A stretch of DNA of 47,066 nucleotides, the filler included, from Jimgerdemannia flammicorona (lineage: Eukaryota): the NCBI GenBank assembly GCA_003990765.1. It is 2 parts of 2 records of this genome, joined end to end, with 100 filler letters (N's around TTAATTAATTAA, not from the genome) between each part and the next. Parts side by side here need not be neighbours in the genome. Positions count along the whole stretch, not along the records: positions 23,584 to 47,066 come from RBNJ01001103.1; 1 more part is not named here. The stretch is one strand, 5' to 3'. The notes beneath the pieces are model-generated. The model was not told the DNA's origin and did no database searches. It saw only the letters and a program-made list of their open reading frames with translations. The position numbers were made by a program, and so were the translations under genes. Of this stretch, positions 34,501-47,066 are shown in pieces (position 1 is the stretch's first letter; every line of letters starts with the position of its first letter).

Positions 34501-37500
34501 CTCCTTCTCGATCTCGCAACATCCAATTTGAGTTTGGCACGCGAGATCAAGGTTGAGCTGTTCGCGATTATGAACCTTGTCGCGTGCATCAAAATTCCTG
34601 CCAGCAGGATTGCGTGGCTGTCATCGGAGGAAGAATCGGACGACGTGGAATTCTACAAGAACATATTGGGTCGGCTATACAAGCACTTTGCATCTGGTGC
34701 TGATATCGCCTGCTACGAGGGCGCCGTCCGTGGACTGTTTGATGGCCATCTTAAGAATGACCCAGTCGAGTTTTTGTGCGCGATTTGGACCGAGGATGGT
34801 ATGTTTCGGCAGGCCCCTTGTTCTTGCACTGATTGATGGAAATTAATGACGTTCCACTTTGTTCAACAAATTAGCTGCCACTACGTCCCCGCTCGTCCAG
34901 GTGCGCAGCTTGCAGATCGCCGACGCTTATTTTGCTGCCTATGCCCACGACCAAGTAGCGCAAAAGATCGACTTCCAGTTGATAGTGCCGTCGCTGCTCA
35001 TCGCGCTGGTACATCCGGATAAGGTGAGAGCTCCTTGTTCATATGTTGCAACAAGCAAGCCAACCAAGCCTAGACACCATGCAAACATAATTGACTCATC
35101 GTGTCCTCGCATATGTTGTCCTCTGTGTAGGTTGTTCGTACCTCAGCTATTGCTTGCCTCCAGTCTATCAGAAAGGTTTATCATAAGGCCATCCACAACG
35201 TACCAGTGACCAATGGCAAGAAAGCGAAGGGACCCAGCGTTGCCATTTTCAAGGTTGATGACTTCTACGGCAAAACCTCTGGTATGTAGCCAACAGGGTC
35301 GCTTTGAGATTGTTTACGCATGTTATTTCTGTTCACAGAGGCCAATAACATCTCTATTGTTTATTATCCTCGATATTAATAGATCAACTCCAGTATTTGC
35401 TCACAGAAACTGCCGAAGCCTTTGTCACCAGCATTGTAGAGACCAAGGACGAGTTCTTGACCGATTGTCAGTATTTTCCTCGCTTCCTTGCTGATACCTT
35501 GAACAAGGACGCCGTCAAGGATACCAAGAATGTTGCCAGGTAGGTCTGCAGATGTATTTTGCGCTAGACGTTGGCGATCGTAGTCCTTCAAATTTCTCAA
35601 AATTACTTATTGTTCTTCTCGACAGCCAAAAGGAGAGCCTTCTTTCGTTCCTCCTCTCGCACATCCTTGCCTTCGAGAAGCGCATCGCCCGAATCACACT
35701 TCTCCATATGCTCTCCGGGGTGCACTCCCCAACCAAGCTGAAAATGCTCCTACCGCTCCTCGAGAGCACGCTTTCCCGCGGCATCACCACCCGCAAGGTT
35801 GTCGACAACCGTGTCGTCGAGCTCGTCGGCTTGCTGATCAAATGTTTCACGCCCAACACCTGCTCGCTTCTAGAACTCAAGAATAGCAAGTATTTACGTG
35901 CCTTTGTAGGCTTGCTCAGGAATGAAACGGTGCAACAAGGCTTGCAGACGAACGAGGACGACGAGAACCAAAGCAGCCGCTCGATCTGCAGGATGACGTT
36001 GGCGCAAGTGACAGAGCGACTTTTTGGTGGATTGTCGGTGGCGAAGCAGAGCGAGATTTTCGCAGAGCTTGTCGAACTCGCCACGAACGGAACTCAAGAT
36101 GTGGTTAAGATCGTCAAGGATGTTTTCCGTAATGTATCGATTAATGCCGCGCTTGTCATTTACGAGCTGTCCATCTTGCAAGAAGCACTTGCGCAAGAAA
36201 TTGAACAAGTTGCGAAGAAGTCGCGCAAGGCCAAGTATGTTAAGGGCACTATCCATTAATCGATTTTCGTCAAATTCTTGCAATTGGCTTACGGGCTTTT
36301 CTTAATTTCGCCAGTGACCACAATTCAGAGCCCGTCCAAGCGCTCTACCGTCTTGTCACAATCCTCGAACTTCTCGAGTATAAATCCATCGACGACGACT
36401 CCGCGCTTGTGTCGCCGCTCTTCGAGACCCTCGCAACCATGATCGATTCCGAATTTCACGACGCTCCAGTCTCCCTCGAGTACATCAATCAACTCTTGTT
36501 ATCATCGTTGACGAGTATTATTCGCGGCGTCGAGGAGAGGAAACTCAAGATAGAGGAAAGCATTTTGCGCGTCGATTTGGTGGTGCAATGTATTCGAGGT
36601 ATGTTTTTTGTGCCTAATATTAATGGCAATGGCAAGCTAGGTGATCACGGCTAATACTATGAACGGCATTTCTTCTTCCCTTTTAGTTACTGGTAATCCC
36701 CGGACTCACAACCAGTCTCTCCTGCTGATGGCCGCTATCGCCTCACTCTATCCCGAACGCGTGCTGCACAACATTATGCCCGTATTTACTTTCATGGGCG
36801 CTAATGTCTTGCGCCAAGACGATAACTATAGTTTCCAAGTCATTCAGCAGGTTCGTATACACATAAACCAGCATCTAAATTTGTTTAAACTCGTCACTTA
36901 ACAAGAATTCATTTGTAGACGCTGGAGAAAATCATTCCTCCGTTGGTTGCGTCGCATCGCCGAGACAACGAGTCGCCAATTCGGTTTGCTCTGCGTAAGT
37001 GCTTCCGATGATTATGTACAATGACTGTGTCAAGTTTGAGGTTTGAATGCTGATTTTATATGTCAATATCTGCAGAGGTCAAACCGATCATGAAGGTCTT
37101 TGTTGATGCTTTGTTCCATATCCCAAAGCATAGGCGTTTGAGGTGAGACTGTGAGACTGAGATTGTGAATGTCACTCGCTTTAGATTTCAAGCAAGCGTT
37201 GCAAACGTACGAGTTTTGCGGATCCTGATCTGGCGTGGTTTTCTCAATTGTTCATGCAGGCTTTTTACCATTTTGATCCAAACTCTCGGCGAGGATGATT
37301 TCCTTTACGCTATTATTACTCTTATATTAGAGAAGTACACCGAAAAGCTCCACAAGGGTCGCGCCACCGAGGCCGACTCCCTCAGCGAGTTCTGCCTCAC
37401 AGTCTCGAGTCAGTTCTCTCCCAAAACCCAAGTGACTTCTCTTATTGCCTTGATGGAGAATCTTTTGCTGCTGCCGAATGAGAAGTCAGATGACTATCCA

Positions 37501-39873
37501 GAAGGTACCGTTCCGGAACCAAATTCCCTTTTTGACTTGACTGAACATACCAACAAACAGCTCCGCCAGTTCAAGCTCGCTTCGCTCAATTTTGCCAGCC
37601 TGTTGCTTGTCAGCAAAGGTTTTTTGTCAAAGTTGCTTACTCTGTCACATGTCAACGGCAACTACGAGAACGAAATGCAGGATTACTATTTGAAGATGGC
37701 GAAGATCTTACTCAGACTGGTCAGCTACTTTGGCACGTACCAGGCCGCCTACGCCAAAAAAGGAGATGCTACTCCTGTGATCACTAAATTCTGGCGTGGC
37801 TTGCTGAAGTTGACATACGACGTTCTCGACAAGGTCAACGTGCTCCTCCCACTGCCGTCTTTCATAAACAATGTTTCCAGCTTACTGGCGGACAATGATG
37901 CTATGATTCGACGCAAGGCTATGTTGCTCTTCAATGATAGAATCAGTGGGATTAAGGGCGAACTTGCTGCCGACGACAAGACTCGCGTCATTGGCATGGC
38001 AAAAAACCTGGCAATCATCATCGGGGACGACAGGGACGCCGCGGTCGCAGAAAATGAGACCGCTGTGAACAAGCAGGCAGCCTTATCGTGCCTTTCGACG
38101 TTAGTTCGCGGGTTTGCAAAGGTTGATCCCTCACCCTTTGCCAACGTGATCCCGTCTGTCATCGGCAAAGGTGCTTTGCAACATCCAAACCTGCAGGTCA
38201 AAGCTTCGAGTTTGGTGTGTCTGACATTTCTGTGCCAAGAAGTTGGCCCGAGGGTTGTTCCGAACATGCCCAGGTTCATGCCGGTAGTGTTGGATATCAT
38301 GCATTCGACACTCAAAAGCGACCATATCAACATTTTGCTGCAATTGAGCTCGATTAGTGCATTGGAGACCATTGTTCGTACTCTCCCGCATTTTGTCAGC
38401 CCGTATATTTCGAAGATATTGGGCGCTGTAATGCACCCATCTATCGCTGGTTACGAAGGCGTGGATGGCCAGAGGGCTCAAGTACTCGACAAATCCAAAT
38501 CCCTACTGTCAGAGTTGGCCACTAAGGTTCAGCCTCGTGTGCTGCTCCCGCCTTTGTTTGCCTATTTCGAGACCGCCATCACGCAGGGAAAGAAGGTATG
38601 TAGCAAGGTTTGGTTTGGTTTGGTTTGATCTGGCATGAAGATTTGATCTTTTACTGGGCAGCTCATTCACATCACCCCCTCTTTTTTTTTTTTTCTTTAG
38701 ACCCTCCTGGCACTGTACGACATGGTTGGGGAAGCTATCCGTACCATGACTCGTAACATCATTACAGGTCATTACAAACAACTCTTCAAATTCTTCTTGC
38801 TTGCGTTCGATTTCAGGCGTTTGCACAACAAGGACTTTTCGGCCGAGGTGCGTTGTTTAAATTTCTGTTCACCAATGTTGACACTCACACCAAATGTCAT
38901 TTAGATCACTGTATCTCATTAGAAACCTTGCTACATTTCACAGGACGTCGACGATGTTGAGCAGCACATAATCTCCGCGTTTCTTGAGTTGGTCATGAAG
39001 CTTAACGAGACATTGTTCAAGCCGTTGTTCTTGAAGACTTTGGACTGGGCTACCGTGGAACTGACTATGACCGGCTCTATTGCGACCACGGAAGATATGA
39101 ACAATCGTCTCTTGTTTTTCTATAAGCTTATGGATAATCTGTTGGACCGCTTGAAGGTATACGTTATTCATTCCATTTTGTGGAACCAGCAAACTCTCCG
39201 TGTTGTTGTGATACTCATCTTCCCTTTGCATTCAGTCAATTATTGCGCCTTACTACGGTTATGTCCTCGACAACTGTATCGAACGACTCCAAGGTTACAA
39301 GAATGGTGATGCCGAGCCAGACAAGCTCTGGTCTTATGTCGTCCGCTCTTTGCATAAGTCACTCCTCTATGATACTGATAGCATGTGGACCGCGGAGAAG
39401 TTCGAGAAGATCTTACATCCACTCGTGGATCAATTGCTGGTTACATCGAGCGACGCTGACATTTACATGGAGCGTGTGCGCACTGACCTTATCCCTTGCG
39501 TTGGTCAACTGGCTGTGACTGTGTCGAACGATACATTATGGAAGCCACTTAACCACCAAGTGCTGATGAAGACGAGGGAGGACGATGTGGAGATTCGTCT
39601 GGCGGCATTGCGGTGCTTAGAGGAATTTTACAGTCGCTTGGGTGAAGAGTGGCTCCTATTTTTGGCTGAGAGCATTTCATTCCTGGCCGAATTAATGGAA
39701 GGTAAGTGTGATATGTGCATGCATGAAAGTATCCTCATTTGCCATCGAAATGCTCACTTTGCGTCTCTTATTTGCAAATAGATGACGATACGCGTGTCGA
39801 AAAACTCACTCAGGAAGTTTGTGCGCAAATCGAGACATACCTTGGCGAGAGCTTGGACAAGTATTTCCACTAG
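31516..39873 (+). CDS. UTP10: U3 snoRNP protein Utp10/HEATR1 (BAP28), multi-exon
   Basis: MASMLAKQL...ASFLFDSKQAADYDLDTI, LEWLIRRFRIHE, ILPYHET, VLHNIMPVFTFMGANVLRQDDNYSF, VMKLNETLFKPLF, WKPLNHQVLMKTR, LGEEWLLFLAESISFLAELMEDDD. Confidence 0.97.
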
Positions 39874-40223
39874 CATATTGCTGATGTTAATTCCAGGGAA
39901 AGAGTCTGGTTTTTTGTAAATAGCATTGATATCTTCCTATAGATACAGCAATTCGAAAATTTTCTATTTCACGCATAGATGTTATGGACACTTCATCGTT
40001 TAAAGGCATTCAAAAATAATTATTTGACCACAAAATCAGGAGCACACAAGACGACAAATGTATACTCAAATTGAAAACAGGGATGCAAGAACGTAATCAT
40101 GGACAGAACAATTACTTGTGAAGGCAAAAATACTAGCAGAAGTATTGATTTTAGTAAATATTGATCTACTGGTCTTGACGAATAAGAGAGTAAAAGTAAG
40201 ACCTTTTCATGTCAGCGTTCGTG

Positions 40224-41265
40224 TTAGCCATAGTGATAATTGGCGGGACTACTGAGGCTCTGATACGTGAGTGAGACGTAAGTTCCAGATTGGAAGTTGA
40301 GGGTTGAAGTTCCAAATTCAGTCGATAAACCGACACCTTCCGATAGGCTGAATATTTCAAGTTTTCATGATCCGGGTCTTCCTGTCTTTCCTCGTTCGCA
40401 TTGATATTCCATGTTTGGGGCTTCACCTTGGAATGCAATCTGAAATAGAGCATCATGGTTCTCTCATTTGGATCACCCGAATCTGCCGCCTTTGCCCTTG
40501 CAACAAGTTCGGGGATGCACGCAAATTTCCAGACGGCGCGGTACCTCGAACTGTGTGGCAGGAAAGTACATACCGTCATGAGATCATTCTCGGACTGGGG
40601 TTATTCCATAATAAAATAAATGGCTTACCCCTCATTGGAAACGATGAATGGCCTCTTATTGTCGTCCAATAGCGGTTCGTGATTTTGATCAAGAGCGATA
40701 TACTTGTAGATGGTCCTGAGAAGCAGATTCAGGGAGCCGGTTGTTTGAGTAAGGGTGAGAAAAACCTCTCTGAGGACCTTGTGAAATGCGACTTACTTCC
40801 GAGCCGTCCAGGTTTGTTGCAATTGCTTGCCGGAAACCCCGGCAGCTTTAAAGTAGGGGTCCTCTGCAACTTCATTCCATCTTATCCGTTGGCTGACGGT
40901 TATTCTGGCAACCGCTTCCTGTAAAATGCTTTCGAAATGGTTAGTAATATTAAACGAGATGTTTTTGGACTCATGTCGCAAAGACATTGGATGACTTACT
41001 GCCAGCCTTCATCGGTCAAGTGACATTCTTCTACTGAATCCTTGTCTTGCTCACTATGTGATCCAACGCCATCTTTTTCCTTTACCAATCTTGCCTTCTT
41101 GGTAGGACGAACGCTTTCGGCATGAGTCGGTCTCTTGCCCTCTCTTCCTAATCCTGAAAAGCAGCGGCGAAACAAGGTCTTGATTCAGGACATCTTGCAC
41201 CGTCCAAAATAATCTCGATTCTTTCTACGAGTAGCATTTGACTCACCTCCCGTGTATTCAGCCAT
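40224..41265 (-). CDS. Hypothetical multi-exon gene, possibly with a Myb/SANT-like segment
   Basis: ATG at 41265 and several GTAAG/GTGAGT donors with CAG acceptors. Segment RWNEVAED...SGKQLQQTW. One splice phase unresolved. Confidence 0.45.
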
Positions 41266-41723
41266 GATCTTTTTGGTAGTTCGCCGTGCGGAACTGGCAA
41301 TAGAAAAATTGTTTGGCGCAACAATAGATCCCGTGCAAGGATGACTTAGCCACATTCTCCCAACTGGGTGCGGTATCTTTAATTGCCAAGAAACAACGCT
41401 AACTACTAACTAGCGAACTGTCAATGGATCTGCGACACAATATGTAATGAAGACGAGAGGGTCTGGAATATACAGAATGCGGTAGACCTGTTGCACTTTG
41501 CGCTTACGCATATAATAAATAAAACAATTGAACGGAGTCGAATTTGACCCTCAAAAAGAATTTTGACATTCAGCGTTCCGTTCCTCGGGTACTCCAGGCC
41601 TCGCTGTTTGGCCGAATCAGTCTAACGACTGACGAGGCTGTGCTGGGGAAGCAAGCCACATTATAAAATAGGGGGTAAAGGGATCCATTCAACCCCGCGA
41701 CTCTTTACTTCAATTCCAACAAG

Positions 41724-43875
41724 ATGAAGCTGATTGCCAGTGCTTTGATCATTACTATTGCAACTGCCGCTCAGTTGGTCGCCTCCCAAGTACAGCCGAG
41801 CCAGCCTTTCCCATTGTCACGCGTCACTCACATCGATTCTCATAGGAATTTCATCGACGAGCATGGCAGAACGATGTTTTTCCGTGGATTGAACGTTGTT
41901 GTCAAGAAGAGTCCATACGCCCCTTCATTGGACCATTTTGATCCGTTCGACAGCTTCACGGAAGAGGACGCAAAGCTTTTGAGTGACTTAAATGTCAATG
42001 TGATCCGATTAGGTATGTCCGTATGGCCAAATACCAAAATACGAGCAGAAATTCTGACGTTCAGAAACTAATCTTTCAACAACGAATGGGTGTTCAGGCG
42101 CGTTGTGGGCTGGTATTGAGCCAGTTCGTGGGCAATACAACGAAACTCTTCTTGGCCAACTCAAGAGCATCACCACGCTGGCTCAAAAATACGGAATATA
42201 TGTCCTCCTTGAAGCCCATCAGGTAGGCGCATACATGCGAATATTGACCTATGCATATGCATAACAGAGTAACCGATTCTTTCTAAACGATGTATCCACT
42301 TCATGTTCAGGACCTGATGTCCGAGCGCTTCTGTGGTATGTGCATTCTCGTTAAAGTAATGAATGCTTCCTTTCTCGCTTTCATACCCCTTTGATCAAAC
42401 TAAAACTATTTTATTATCACCAGGCAATGGTCTTCCCGACTGGGCCTTCCCCACCGATTTGAACATCAAAAGCAATTTTCCGTCTCCGATCGGCACGGCC
42501 TTCAAGAATTACGATTCCCGCGGCTACCCAACGGAGGAAGAGTGCGCTACGTTAGGCAATAATTGGCCTTTATATTCGTTCACAACCGCAATAAACAACG
42601 CCTGGGATGCATTCTTCAAGAACGAGACCGGGATAAGAGATGCATTCAGTACTCTTTGGACAAAACTTGCACAGGAGTTCAAGGAGTATCCCAACTTGCT
42701 CGGATACGAGATCTTGAATGGTATGTTCTCGTTTTTGTATCATTAGATCATTGGGAAATTGGCATGTTCTCTATTCTTATTTGGATGCTGCCTTGCTCAC
42801 ACCAACACAGAGCCCTGGATCGGAAATCTCTTCAAAAACCCAACACGTAGGTCATGTTTTTCCTCTGCAATATCATTTACTTCCATCAAGCGGTTGTTTT
42901 GACTTCGATGACTCATTGCTCCACAGTGATTCTCCCCGGGGTTGCGGATTATAAGAAGTTCTATGCATTATGGTCGGAAGTCGCAAATTCGATTCGATCA
43001 GTTGACGGAAAGCATTTAGTCTTCTTCGAAGGTAATCTAATGTAATATGTGGCTCTGCATAGAGTATCAAAACCTGACAAGGGTTCTTTCCTCTTTCCCC
43101 CCTTCCCCCATTCCCCCTTTCAGCGGCTGTGCAAGATATTTTTAACGCTTTTCCAACGGTCCCCGGAGGAAAGCAATACGCGAATACATCCGTGATTTCG
43201 TATCATTGGTACGCATCACACAACTTCCAAAGAAAATCAAACATTCATTGATATGTCCAAATTTCTAAGCTCATACAATTGGTCCGTGCCATCGCGCTCC
43301 TGCCTTCTAGGTATCCCATCCCACAAGGTCCCAATATTGGCCCCGTCCAAGTGACAATGGCCGCACGAAAATTTGATGCGAATCGCCTGGGTTCTGGCTA
43401 CATGCTGACCGAATTCCAGTTTTGGTGGACAGGAAACCTGCACGATATCGCGGGCTACCTTAAAGTAATACAACAGGCCGACGAATACCAGCAAAGCATA
43501 ATCGGGTGGAAATACAAGAAGTATGGTACGGCCAACCTGGGCGACTTCGGTTCCCTCTACGACAATCAAGGCATCTACCACAAGGAATACGAGAAGCTTC
43601 TAGGTCGCACGTTCGCTTCCGCCGTGCAAGGCGTCCCAAACAAGATCCATTTCGACGACGCCACCGCAATCTTTACGCTCCAATACACGGCTGATTCACT
43701 TATTCAAGCCCCGACGGAGATCAGGATCGCTCCCGCCGTCTTTTATCCGCAAGGGTACAGTGTTGATGTCTCGCCAGCTGGCGCTGCGCAGTATTACGCG
43801 GCCAGCGTGGGTGTTATCAATGTATGGGCGGCAAGTGGGTTTAGTTCGATTACCATCAAGGTTCATCCGAAATAA
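41724..43875 (+). CDS. Secreted GH5 endoglycoceramidase-like glycoside hydrolase, multi-exon
   Basis: Signal peptide; FIDEHGRTMFFRGLNVV, NVIRLG..WAGIEP, VLLEAHQD, FCGNGLPDWA, LGYEILNEP (acid/base), MLTEF (nucleophile), and a C-terminal beta domain. Confidence 0.9.
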
Positions 43876-44241
43876 ACCAGAAATAAGGCATGTTATATAA
43901 TGACGCCTGGCTCGAAAGAGTGAAATATGTAGGATATTAGGTAGACTATTCAGCTAGTTGAGAAGTGAATGAAATTTAGGAGAGATTCTTCCTTTTTTTT
44001 TTTTTTTTTTTGTTCCTTTTCTTCTGAGTTCCAATTATTATAGTGATTGACTGTGCTGATAACGTAGATTTTCGTTTGTGCTTTCATACTCATTTTAAAT
44101 TGAAATACCAATCAATAATGATATAATTTATTTGGGTAATCTACATTTTATGTGAACCTGGTGTGTTTATGTCGCAGACGTGAACGTGTTGATCAATCTA
44201 CTTGATCTACTATGTGGCAAACCATGTACATTGTGGGATAT

Positions 44242-44745
44242 TTATACAGGAGGATTCTGATTCCATTTGCCGTTTTTGGGGCACGTGACCGTCTTCCAAA
44301 CAATCGAGATTACACCGACGTTCAGGCTGACCCCGAGGGACGTGAACGCGGATTTGCTCAGGTCCACCGAGCCTTTACCGCAGCCCACACACTCGTCGAC
44401 GATTCGCACGATGATCGTCTTACTATTCTTCGTATTCGTGATTTGTATGCACTGGAAACAAAGGTTATAATTATTGTCCGAGAGGCCGGGGACGGCGCCG
44501 ATCATCTCCGAATCCTTGGGCGTGTAATCGCCCAGACGTTTACCCTTGTAATTCCGGCCGTAGCAGGCGGCGTCCGCCATGTCCGAACCAGCGTACCATG
44601 TGCCTTTGCCTTTGCCCGAGCTGGTGATGCGCTTGCGCAAGATGGAGCTGCGCTTGCGCAAGATGGTGCTGTTGTAGGATCCGTCGGCGCTGACCAGCAG
44701 CGCGGAGAGGAGGATGACGGCGACGGCGACGAAGGTGAGTTTCAT
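44242..44745 (-). CDS. Secreted RlpA-like DPBB / expansin-like (loosenin-type) protein
   Basis: Signal peptide, GKGTWY, AACYG, CFQCIQIT, IVRIVDECVGC...VDLSKSAFTSL, GVISIVW. Confidence 0.9.
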   Translation of the reverse strand: MKLTFVAVAVILLSALLVSADGSYNSTILRKRSSILRKRITSSGKGKGTWYAGSDMADAACYGRNYKGKRLGDYTPKDSEMIGAVPGLSDNNYNLCFQCIQITNTKNSKTIIVRIVDECVGCGKGSVDLSKSAFTSLGVSLNVGVISIVWKTVTCPKNGKWNQNPPV

Positions 44746-44766
44746 GATGTTTCGGTTCGGGATTGG

Positions 44767-44798
44767 GTGTGTGTGTGTGTGCGTGTGTGTGTGTGTGT
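44767..44798. repeat. (GT)n microsatellite
   Basis: gtgtgtgtgtgtgtgcgtgtgtgtgtgtgtg, in the 5' leader of the DPBB gene. Confidence 0.9.
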
Positions 44799-45606
44799 GG
44801 AGGGTTTGCGAAGGTTCCTATCTCAATGCTGAGATTTTTTCGAGATGGCAGGAATCCGACAAAGCGAAGGAGAAACGCGATTTTGGTCGGGGATTTTATT
44901 GTAATTCCAGAAAGCATACGCGTGGTTGACAGTGGCATTTTTTCTGTACGGAACAAGGCAAGAGTCGGAGTTGCGTTGGGGTTACACTACGCACACGTTG
45001 TTTCGTTTTGTTAGGAATAAAAAAAAGAGCGCGCCTGAGTAACAAAAAAAACAGTAAAAGGTTATCCGTCTGTCAAACAAATGCTTCTGTTACCGAAACC
45101 CCCCTCCCCTTCATGGCCCGTCTTATTTTGTTTGCGCAATTTGTCTCAATTGCGTCGTGGCGTGGTGCGGTCCCTCCTTTCGGGCAGTCTCACTCACAAA
45201 ATCCTCGTCAAACGCGTCAAAACAAAGCCTTCGTGCAACCCAAACAACGACCTCGTTTTTCGTAGCATTTTTTTTTTTTTCCTTTTCACGGCACCAACTT
45301 TTATTGCATGCCCCATTCCGATCGAGGTATTATACATATAGTATCAAATGATAAATCAACAATCAACAAACCTCCCCCTCCCACGTTGCCAGATTTCGGA
45401 AATTGTATATACCCAATCTGATTAGCATGCAGACTTCGCGTAATCCCCGCCCCCCCCAAAAAGCACTAATAATATATAACTCTATTCCATCGTTCAACAT
45501 TGAGCCGTCCCAAACGCTACCAAACACCTGTACTATCCGCCATAATCCACACGTTGATAATCGCAGAAAGGCTGGTAACGTAACATAACGCGTGGAAAGT
45601 GACTGT

Positions 45607-45715
<109 letters not shown>

Positions 45716-47066
45716 AAACAATCCCGCCGATCAAACGCGGTGCTCCGATGCGTGCATTACCCCCATTGCGGCCGCGCCGGCTTATCGCGAAAATTCCAGC
45801 GAGAACAATCGCGTGTACAAGGTGCATATATACAAACAACTGTCATCCACCTGCTCGCCTGCCTGCATCTTTTGACCGGATGGAGTCCCTCCCATTCCTG
45901 GATCATGCGACGGCGCGTGTAACAGTTTACGGGTGGACTCCAACCCACCGATTTTGTTTTAGCTTCACGAAAATATGACAAAGGATCGCTGTCCAGATCC
46001 CCCCCATTCCAACTCCGCCTTATGCAGGGAAGGCATTGAGATTTGAAATCTTGACGTTCCAACAATCTTTTTCATTTCAAATCGATGAAGCGACGATCTT
46101 TTCGCTCGCCTTCCGATTCAGTCGCACAATCGCATCTTGCCAATAATTATTCCCCCTTATTCCCCGGCTTTATTGGCACTCGGTTCGCATGACGATCAAT
46201 CGTTTCCCACATTACATCTTGAATACATTAATACATTTGACACAATTGCATGGAACACAACCGCCCTCGCTGATCATCCCGCGGCCACAACCGCACGTGA
46301 GCCATCGTCCCCCCGAACGCGGGCAAATCCTTTCGATGCCCACCACGCACAACCCATATTTCCGCAAGCGCCAATTTCGCAAGCCATCGTCCCGCGCACA
46401 CCCACCGCACAGATCATATTCCCACCGATAACCGTACCTCGTGCCTGGCATGGGATGGAGCATGCGAGAAGCCGGATGAGAGGGTAAGGAAAGGCTGTGG
46501 TCGGACTTTCGAAAAGTCTCGCGGCCAAGATAGGAGAGTGAATGATGCGGAAATTGAAGTTAGAGAACGACCAAAGAGCCTCCCACCGCTCTTTTCCTCA
46601 CTGGCCGTCTCCCCTCTTTACACACTCGACACCCGCACAACTGACACACCGACATCCGCAAAAAAAATCCGGTTTTATCCTTAATGAAAACCATCACAAC
46701 GAAGGGCTATCCTAAAAAAGAAAAGAAAGAAAGAAAAAGGCTCCCAATGGGAAGAGAAGGAAAGAGTCGCAAGGCTAAATTTGTGGGAATAGAGTGGGCA
46801 ACCATCCATCCGAGGAAAGGAAGGCGAATACAAAGGAAAGAGAGGATCTAAAAGAGTGAACAATTGACATCGGCCCTGCCTCACCACCACCTCCCGGAAA
46901 CAGTTTCACACAAGCCACCACCACACCCGCCCCCGCCCACCGACCGCTATCCGACCACCCATGAAACCAGGGATCGCCAACCTGTAAGAACTTTGCGGTA
47001 CAGCGCCAATGATGCTTCTTTCTTGCGGTTGCTGTTCGGGGTCAAGCCAAGCGAAGGCAAAAAAAA

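Noticed and set aside
44212..44832. 206-aa plus-strand ORF
   Set aside because: Antisense shadow of the DPBB gene, which has clear motifs.

Overview
Fungal nuclear DNA with GT-AG introns. The gene content (FunK1 kinase, Crinkler-type headers, BTB proteins) suggests an early-diverging, Mucoromycota-like fungus; this is inference. A 100-bp gap with an artificial TTAATTAATTAA linker (23484-23583) joins two very different blocks, which may not be physically adjacent. LEFT (1-23483): a dense island of short, often intronless accessory genes: ankyrin/F-box, BTB, double Crinkler header + FunK1 kinase, secreted metallophosphoesterase, DUF4097-like, Cys-rich, ubiquitin-like, LRR, TMEM272-like, P-loop NTPase and a YVH1-like phosphatase. 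The island is being eroded by C>T/G>A transitions, and at least six genes carry transition-type nonsense codons. Four copies of a 63-79 bp near-perfect palindrome (core GTCGGGGAAAGTGCATTCACGTGGACGGGAT-W-ATCCCGTCCACGTGAATGCACTTTCCCCGAC) lie between genes every 1.5-2.2 kb, like cassette boundaries. This is the best candidate for an undescribed system. RIGHT (23584-47066): a CpG-depleted ~2.1-kb foldback repeat just upstream of tRNA-Leu(TAA), followed by ordinary genes: MRPL33, RPL40, ORC4, UTP10, a hypothetical gene, a GH5 endoglycoceramidase-like gene and a DPBB/expansin-like gene.
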